DNA of 64,000 nt from Utricularia gibba. Its lineage: Eukaryota > Plantae > Magnoliophyta. Shown piece after piece: positions 56,325-64,000 of the stretch (position 1 is its first letter; every line of letters starts with the position of its first letter). The stretch lies in contig CM007990.1 in NCBI GenBank assembly GCA_002189035.1, positions 4,464,001-4,528,000 on the forward strand, given 5' to 3'. The translations under genes were made by a program, and so were the position numbers. Below the pieces are notes generated by a model. The model saw only the letters and a list, made by a program, of their open reading frames with translations, was not told the origin of the DNA and did not search any database.

Positions 56325-59266
56325 ATGGAGGATGAGGGGGAGATATACGACGGTGTTAGGGCTCAGTTCCCTCTCACTTTCGGGAAGCAATCCAAGTCTC
56401 AAGCTCCTTTGGAGGCTATTCACAACGCTACACGTCGCGCCGGCCGTGCTGATTCGCTTGCCGATTCACAGAAATCTGTGGTTGCTGGGAAAGCGAATGG
56501 GTTCCCTGCTGTCTCCACTTCCTCCGTAGATTGGCTCCAGTCGTTCAAGGTTTCTAACCCTAAATCTTCGAGGACGCGTGTTGTGCAGGGTGACTTAGTT
56601 GGACCTTCTCGCCAACCGGATGGTGATTCTGGTGGGATTGGGAAGCCTCGTAGGCGCGAGTCGGTGCATGAAGACGATGAACCTGTAGTTGGGCCGCCTA
56701 GACCGCCGGAAGGAAATGATTCAGAGGAGGAGAACGAGCCCGTCATTGGGCCTCCTAGGCCACCACCTGACCGAGAGGGCGTGATTGATGGTGGTAGTGA
56801 TGATGATGGAACATTCATTGGGCCTCCGAGACCACATCCTATTGGAGATGGCATGCTTGATGATGATGATGAAGGTAGAACCTTCGTTGGCCCGTCTAGA
56901 CCGGATAAAGGTCAACTGGACTCCGATTCGGATGAAGATACTGCGGAAGAGAATGACAATTCTGGTTATCGGCTTCCAATTAGCAACGAGATTGTTCTCA
57001 AGGGACACACCAAGGTAAAAGCGTTGGGCTTTCTTGTTCCACGTTCTTTACTGAATTGAATACGTTTAAACGCCTAGCGAATTTGTCTCTGATTAGTTAG
57101 TTCAACCCTGGCCGTTATATTATGTAACGTTGTAAGGTTGACGTAATCATCTTGTTGGCAGGTGGTTTCAGCTCTTGCTGTGGATCACTCGGGATCTAGA
57201 GTGTTATCTGGAAGCTATGACTATACAGTTCGAATGTACGATTTCCAAGGCATGAATTCTCGACTTCAATCATTTAGACAGATTGAACCATTTGAAGGCC
57301 ACCAAGTTCGTCGTTTGAGCTGGAGTCCTACTTCTGATCGATTTTTGTGTGTGACCGGATCAGCCCAAGCTAAGGTGAGCTGGAGTCCTACTTCTTGTAA
57401 TTTGAGGTTGTTTTCACTGCAAGGCTATTTGACTGGGCAGATGCTGTGCTGATATTTTGCAGATTTATGATCGTGATGGGCTTACGTTAGCTGAGTTTAT
57501 TAAAGGAGATATGTATATTAGGGATCTCAAAAACACAAAAGGCCACATATCAGGATTAACATGTGGAGAATGGAATCCTAAAGCAAAGGAGACAATCTTA
57601 ACTTCATCTGAGGATGGTTCATTGCGAATATGGGATGTAAATGACATTCAAAGTCAGAAGCAGGTTAGCTTCGTGATGCATTGTTCCTTGATAATCTTAT
57701 TGCAGACTTATTCAAGCACACGCCTTAATGTGTGAATTGTTTTTCTCTCACTGTATTGCCTTTAGGTTGGTTAATCTACAGATAATTATGACATTCAGTT
57801 TCTCCTTTTATGTATTCCTTAATCTTGAGTGTTGCCCTTTAACAGGTTATCAAGCCTAAACTTTCTAGGCCTGGAAGAGTCCCCGTAACCACATGTGCGT
57901 GGATCATGAGGGAACTCGAGTTGCAGGTGGTGTGGGTGATGGTTCTATACAGGTAAGATTACAGGTGTTTTCAACGCTATTTTCACCATGATGAGACGTT
58001 GAAATTTGTTCCTAGATATCTTTACTTTTAGCAACCGTTTTTTCAACGAGCAATCTTCTTCTTCCTGTCATAGGTTTGGAGCATAGCTGGGTGGGGTGCC
58101 AAGCCTGTCATTTGTGCTAGCAATTCTCATACGGATGATATTACTGGACTTAAGTTCTCCAGCGATGGACTAATTATGTTGTCAAGGAGCTTTGATGGTA
58201 CGCTCAAGGTAGCATGCTTCTCGCTTGCATTGGCATTTATTCGAACGTTGTCTTAGTTAAACCATCTTCTAGCTCCTATCATTTGGATAGTTTGGCATGT
58301 CAAGAGAACGTCGACTTAATCTAAGAACAATTGTACTTGTGCTGCTAGGTTTGGGATCTACGAAAAATGAAGAGTGCTATTCAGACGTTTGATGGCCTCC
58401 CAAACAATTATGCTCAGACAAACGTTGCATTCAGCCCAGACGAGGACCTGTTTGTCACTGGAACATCAATTGAGAAGGATAGGTCCACCGGGGGCTTCTC
58501 TGCTTTTATGACAGAGCGAAGCTGGAAATGATATCAAGAGTTGGAATTTCTCCCACATTTAGTGTAGTTCAGTGTGCATGGCATCCAAGGCTAAATCAGG
58601 TACATGGGACTTTCTCTGTACATGCACAGTGTTTCCTCCCTCACAGTTTATCATATGAGGCGTGCATCATCCTCTGTACAGATATTTGCTACAGTGGGGG
58701 ATCGACACGAGGGAGGGACTCACATCCTATATGATCCAACCATCAGTGAGAGAGGTGCCCTCGTGTGTGTTGCTCGTGCCCCAAGAAAACAGTCTGTTGA
58801 TGATTTCCAGGCACAGCCTGTAATCCACAACCCCCATGCCCTGCCAATGTTCAGAGATCAGCCCAGCCGTAAGCGTCAGCGTGAGAAGATCTTGAAGGAT
58901 CCCCTCAAGTCCCACAAGCCAGAGCTCCCATCAACGGTCCAGGACATGGTGGAAGAGTTGGCACCACCAAGGGGAGTTTGCTCACGCAGTACTTGCTCAG
59001 GGTGCTCACTCTACTCAACTCTTTCTTTCACCTTGCATATAAAAAAGAGAGAGAAAGCAGCAGCATTTGACTAAACCCTGTCTCACTTTCCTTTCCAGCA
59101 AGGTGGTATGCTCAAGGAGACATGGATGGATGAAGATCCCAGAGAAGCCATTCTCAAGTATGCCGACATCGCAGCGAAAGACCCCAAGTTTATCGCCCCT
59201 GCTTACGCCCACACTCAGCCTGAGCCCGTCTTTACAAAGTCTGATTCAGAGGAAGAGGACAAGTAG
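56325..59266 (+). CDS. WDR70: WD40-repeat protein WDR70 / gastrulation defective 1 homolog, multi-exon; three 1-bp frameshifts (57901-57902, 58490-58494, 58927-58929)
   Basis: MEDEGEIYDGVRAQFPLTFGKQ, PISNEIVLKGHTK, SGSYDYTVRMYDFQGM, GDMYIRDLKNTKGHISG, HNPHALPMFRDQPSRKRQREK and DEDPREAILKYA. Confidence 0.92.
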
Positions 59267-59837
59267 CTACTGCAAGTTTCTTGTGAGGCTCAGGGCCGGC
59301 AGTCCACCACATATAACACACAAGTACAAACCACTCTTTTCTTTTTTGTAGTGTTATGAATTGTCCAATCTAAGGCGAGGTGAAGCTTTTCCCTTGAAGG
59401 ATTCACTGAGAACTAAAGAAACGGAGGGCATGTAGTGTGGTGTAAGATTAACCGTCAAATTTGCACCTTCCACTAGAGATGGAGGACCAATTTGAGATTT
59501 CAAAACCTTTGAGGGCGATTTTACAATCTGTAGATATTGATGGTCCAGTCTTGTAATTTTGCAAATTTGTGGGTTTATTTGTAATTTTTTAGTGTCTAAA
59601 ATCCATATGTATCTGTAACCGCCCATATGCGAATGAAGTAATGAGTAGCGTGAAATGAAGGATCTGGCGCCTAATTTTAGGGGAAGCGCGGTTTGTACTA
59701 AGGCGGCAGGTATTCTCCGAATTCAGTGTTGATGGGGGCGGTTTAGGGTTTTTCTCGTTGCAGCGTACTTTTGCGAGGGATCCTCCTTCCTTCCTGATGC
59801 TATTTTCTTGGTGAAAGTTAATTTTGGAGAATTAGAG

Positions 59838-60847
59838 ATGGAAAAGGGTGATGCTCTGCCGCAGGAAACGAACTCCGGGGATGAAGTAGTCATCACTGGT
59901 TGTAGGAAACGCGTCTGCACTGGAAAGGCGGGTGATGAAGTTTCGGTTTTTGATGCTAATTGTGGATGTGGCGATGATGATGTGGTGGTGATTGATGCAG
60001 TGGCGCCAAAAACCCGTAAGAAACTGAAAGTTCGCCGGGCTAGTAAGGTAAAAGATGAGGATGATGATGATGACTGTGTGATTTTGGATAAAAGTCCTGA
60101 AATGTCGAAGGCTATAGTGAGTTTTCGAGGTGCTGATAATGCTGCAGACCTAGAAATTGTTGGCGAGAAGGGTGAGGTAATTGTGGATATGATATTTTTG
60201 CATTCCCGTAACGGCACCGGTCTCATCTCTGTGTTCTCTTTTCATTCAGGTTGCATGCAGAGATTTTCCTCATTCGAGACATGTCTGTGTTTTGTTTCCG
60301 TTTGCTTCTTCAGCACACGCGGCTCATTGCGCCAAGGTACCTGCCTTCTTCCGGTTCTGTTTTTACTTCCTTTTTGGATTAACTTCTGTTTTTGATTCAT
60401 CAATTTCAGTGCCACTGTTACATTTGTAATATACCAGCTCCTTGTTTCCTCTGGGGTTCTGGTGAATCCAATCTCGATCATTGTCATGCTACTGATAAAG
60501 ATCGTTTCTGGATCCATCAGCGGAAGAGTAAGCTTGTGCCTGTGGATCCTAATATTCTTAATGCCCCCTACGGTGGCTCCCCTAACCCCTTGCCACAGAC
60601 ACAGTACTACAATGCATCAACAATGTTCCCTTGTTCCTTGCCGAATCAAAGAGGCATTCACACTCCTCAGCCATTCCCACTAGGCAGAGCATCATCTCCC
60701 CTAATAAATGGTTCCCGTCGTACAACTCAGCAACTTATTGATACTTTCTTCATATCAAAGCCCTGGATGTTTTCTAAGAGATCCCTGAATGCAGCGGCTT
60801 CCCCGGCCACTGACAAGAATATTGCCAATTGTCAATCCCAACCTTAG
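59838..60847 (+). CDS. RPM1-interacting protein 13 (RIN13)-like Cys/His-rich protein; exons 59838-60176, 60250-60336, 60410-60847 (frame stays open to 61243 after one TAG)
   Basis: DDDCVILD, IVGEKGEVACRDFPHSRHVC..FPF, HCAKCHCYIC..PAPC..W and DHCHATDK. Confidence 0.8.
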
Positions 60848-62127
60848 GGATCAAGTCCCATACATTCCCAGCCTCTCAGTACTGGGATGTGCAACTCTTC
60901 ATCACTTACCCGGCGATCGCAGTTAGATGAACACTATTCCAGAGGAAGAGTTCTCCCTGAACCAGGCTCTGCACCAATCCCCTCCTATTGCTATCATGTT
61001 CAGTCTCAAGGACAGATTCTCTGCGAGACATCTAATGGAATTGGCTCTTGCCAGTACTGGACCAACAATCGCTCATGGTATGGTATGGTCACCACTACCC
61101 ACAAGTATCCTTTTTCCAGTGATGGCAAGCAGCATGCAGCGCAGAAGTACCTGAGAATCGACAGGTGGGTACTAGGCAATATGATTCTCCTAGAAAAAGG
61201 TCTTTGTGTTGGTGTTGAACAGCATGACAAGGTTCCACACTGATTGTTTTGAAGAGAGTAGTCAAAACGGCCAGCCTACGGCGTTCCTTAGAGAGAAGTT
61301 TCAAACTCCATGGGTGACGTGATTAAAAATGGTATACTGTCAAAGAAAACAGTGCATCTATTTGGATGATTCATCCTCTGCTGACGCTGGTACTTGCTGC
61401 CGCTGATACTTCAAAAGCTGCACAGGTGACAACTTGAACTTTTGGGCATTTTTTAATTTTCATAGGATTGACCCCCGAGGCCCAAATCACTAACTAGGAC
61501 ACAGGCTTCTTTAATTCCTACTTATGGCTGGCTGCGTATGGTGACAACAGGAAAGAACAGCCGCAGTACTGCGTCCTTGCGTCGCACACACTAGAAGCTT
61601 CGTAGAAGAGATAAACATGGTGGCTGCGATCACATGACGTTCAATACCAGGGGAAAGGAAATACAAGTATCCCTTTGAAAGGTCTTGTTGGGTAGCGAGG
61701 CTACTCAGTCAGCCAGTCTGGTTCCATTTTTGTGAACATGGAAAGATGAAGGTAATGTCTATGACGCCAGTCTTTTCGTTCTTTGATTTTTCATCACCTT
61801 GATAGTTTGGCAGCCTCGTTTTTGGACCCCTAAACGTCATTCGGACAATACAGGTTAGGTTTTGCAGCAATCCGTCATGATCATCGTATCCCACGATATA
61901 CAAGACAGAGGCTCCACACCATCCATGGAGTTGAGTGTGGCCAGCTGGGAAGCACTTCTTGGAACCGACATTTTTAAGCATCCCCATTGATTCAAAATAC
62001 AAAATTTTTGATCTTGAGACACGTGTTCTCTGTAATGAATAGCAAGAGTTACCCTAGCTCAAGTGGGTGTAGCCCGTTGATTGAGCTAGGACGTGCATGA
62101 CCCATTTGGGCGACGGAACCCGAGCAT

Positions 62128-62157
62128 GGATCTGGATCTGGATCCGGATCCGGATCC
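62128..62157. repeat. (GGATCY)5 hexanucleotide repeat
   Basis: GGATCT GGATCT GGATCC GGATCC GGATCC. Confidence 0.9.
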
Positions 62158-64000
62158 CAACCGGGTTGAAGGAAAGAGCATTCTCTGAGTGAAATGTCAT
62201 CTTCACGTGTCGTCGTCTCCTGCATAAAATATCAGGACAAAAAGAAAGTGGGGGCGAGCGGCGGAGGGCGGCGGGGGCTGCCAAGTTACTTACAATATTT
62301 TTGTCGTATGAAATTGACTAGAGAGTAACATTTTCATAAACCTGAGAACGCACGGCCCACCGGAAACCCGACGTCGTTTGAACAGAAGGGCGGGCAGTTG
62401 TTAATCAACGGTTTTAGTTGTACCAACTTGATCCATTCATTCATTCATTATAGCTGAGGTGGCAGACGCAGGGTTTTGTTTAATGGGATTGTTGTCATTA
62501 TCCTGCCATCCGCCATACTGTAGTCGGCTGCATGCCGGACTGGGGTTGGCCGGCGACCGGCGAATCAAATAAGCAGGATGCGGAAGCCCATTTCTCTGCT
62601 GCATCCTGCTCTATGAGTGCAGAACAGATGATGACGCCATCGGTATGCTTGTCTGTGAGGAGGGGTACTTGCCCCATACACAGATTTGGATGCATAGTTT
62701 GTGTGTGTGTGTGTGTGATCTACGTGTCGCATGTATGAAAAGGTGATGACTGATTATTAAAATAAATAATTACGCATAAAAATTTGAAAATGAAATAAAT
62801 TAATTATATAAAAAATTAAAAATTATTAATAATCAGCTTTATTTAATCTTTTTAATATAACTTAAATTTTTTGTGTATTTTAACTTCACATGTATTTATT
62901 TAAATTATTTAATTTTTAATTTCAATATACTATTGTAGCATTTGTTTTATGATACAGCTTGAGTTACGAATATGTATTTCGTATTGATCAGAATTTCAAT
63001 TATAAAAAAATACAAAAGAAAACAAAAATAATAAAATGCATTAATTTTAAACGATAAAAATTAGATTGATGTAAACACTATCTATAATAATAAAAAAAAA
63101 AACAAGCAAATCTTAAATGAATCAAAAAATACAAGTTTGACTTGAAGGCTTGTATGAGAACAAACAATAATACATTAAAATTTGAAATTAAAATAATCGA
63201 ATATATAAAAAATCGTAAATCACTACCAATCTTCTTAATTTAATCTTTTTTAATATAATTCATATTTCATATATTAGTCCAATTCATTAAATATTTAATT
63301 TTAACACTCCCATTGCTTCTTGTGTTTCCCCATTCAAAAGCAACGGCATTAATACCAGGGAATGCATATTACATTTTAAATCCTCAAAAAATCATCAAGA
63401 TTAAAGTAGTACCAGTGGATGGACAATTAGCCACCGAACTTGGCCGGATTTCCGGACTAAACCTGTAAAGCCATTTGGGTGCCATCGTATCGGACAAACA
63501 TTGTTAACGACATCCTCAAGCAGCACATCCCATTTAAATAAATACAAAGAGCACCAACTTCCTTCTTTAGGGCATCACATCTTATCCTAATCCCCTCCCC
63601 GTCTGCAATATTCTACGCCTTGACGGTTATCTCAAACATATTCCCTTTCTTTTTTTTTTTCTTGCTAAAATATTCTATTCCCTTCTTGTGCGTGCATTTT
63701 AACAACCATTTCGGGTTGGGCGACGAGGCGCCAGAAAACTACTTTATAAAGTTGTACCGGATATGACAAAAAAAAATGAATTTAATTTTATGTCTTAATG
63801 TGTAAGATAGATAGCATAATTTAGTTAATGTAAAATTGGATCTTGATCACCTAAAGGAGTAAAAAAAGTTGAAACATTACGCAATGAGTTTCTTAATAAC
63901 CTATTTATGTCCCATGTATTAAAACACGAATAATAGAGAAGTATTTAGAAGTTTTTTTTTTTTAATAAAAAAAATTAGACACCTCAATATAAAATTGTTA

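Noticed and set aside
61250-62300. Short ORFs downstream of the RIN13-like gene
   Set aside because: No recognisable motifs or consistent splice model.
62570-62760. Hairpin AGCAGGATGC/GCATCCTGCT and C/D-box-like motifs suggesting a miRNA or snoRNA
   Set aside because: The stem is only 10-12 bp, there is no terminal stem around the boxes, and no recognisable guide sequence.

Overview
Gene-dense nuclear DNA from a flowering plant (eudicot-like proteins, GT-AG introns mostly 60-400 bp, AT-rich spacers). It holds about 20 protein-coding genes plus 2 clear pseudogenes in 64 kb, with no intact transposon, rRNA, tRNA or CRISPR array. In order: 4CL (-); U2A' pseudogene (+); ATP-Mg/Pi mitochondrial carrier (-); a 42-aa PRRGQIK-motif peptide missed by the ORF track (-); SDR pseudogene (+); JMJD4-like JmjC (-); RPL27a (-); PB1 protein (+); PIRL (+); DUF868 (+); Mn-dependent ADP-ribose/CDP-alcohol diphosphatase (-); a head-to-head CYP71 pair; PRP39 (+); TPR protein (-); Aux/IAA (+); MUR3/KAM1 (-); a small unknown protein (-); NDUFA9 (-); ABCC5/MRP5 (-); WDR70 (+); RIN13-like (+). 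Nine apparent -1 frameshifts in seven otherwise intact genes all fall in G/C runs, which points to long-read assembly error rather than mass pseudogenisation. The U2A' and SDR lesions, by contrast, look genuine. I see no clear novel multi-gene system. The best leads are hidden small-peptide genes with stress-type promoters, an orphan site-II promoter cluster, possible functional divergence within the CYP71 pair, and a possible exon-to-intron conversion in the TPR gene. All family assignments come from motif recognition; no database searches were run.
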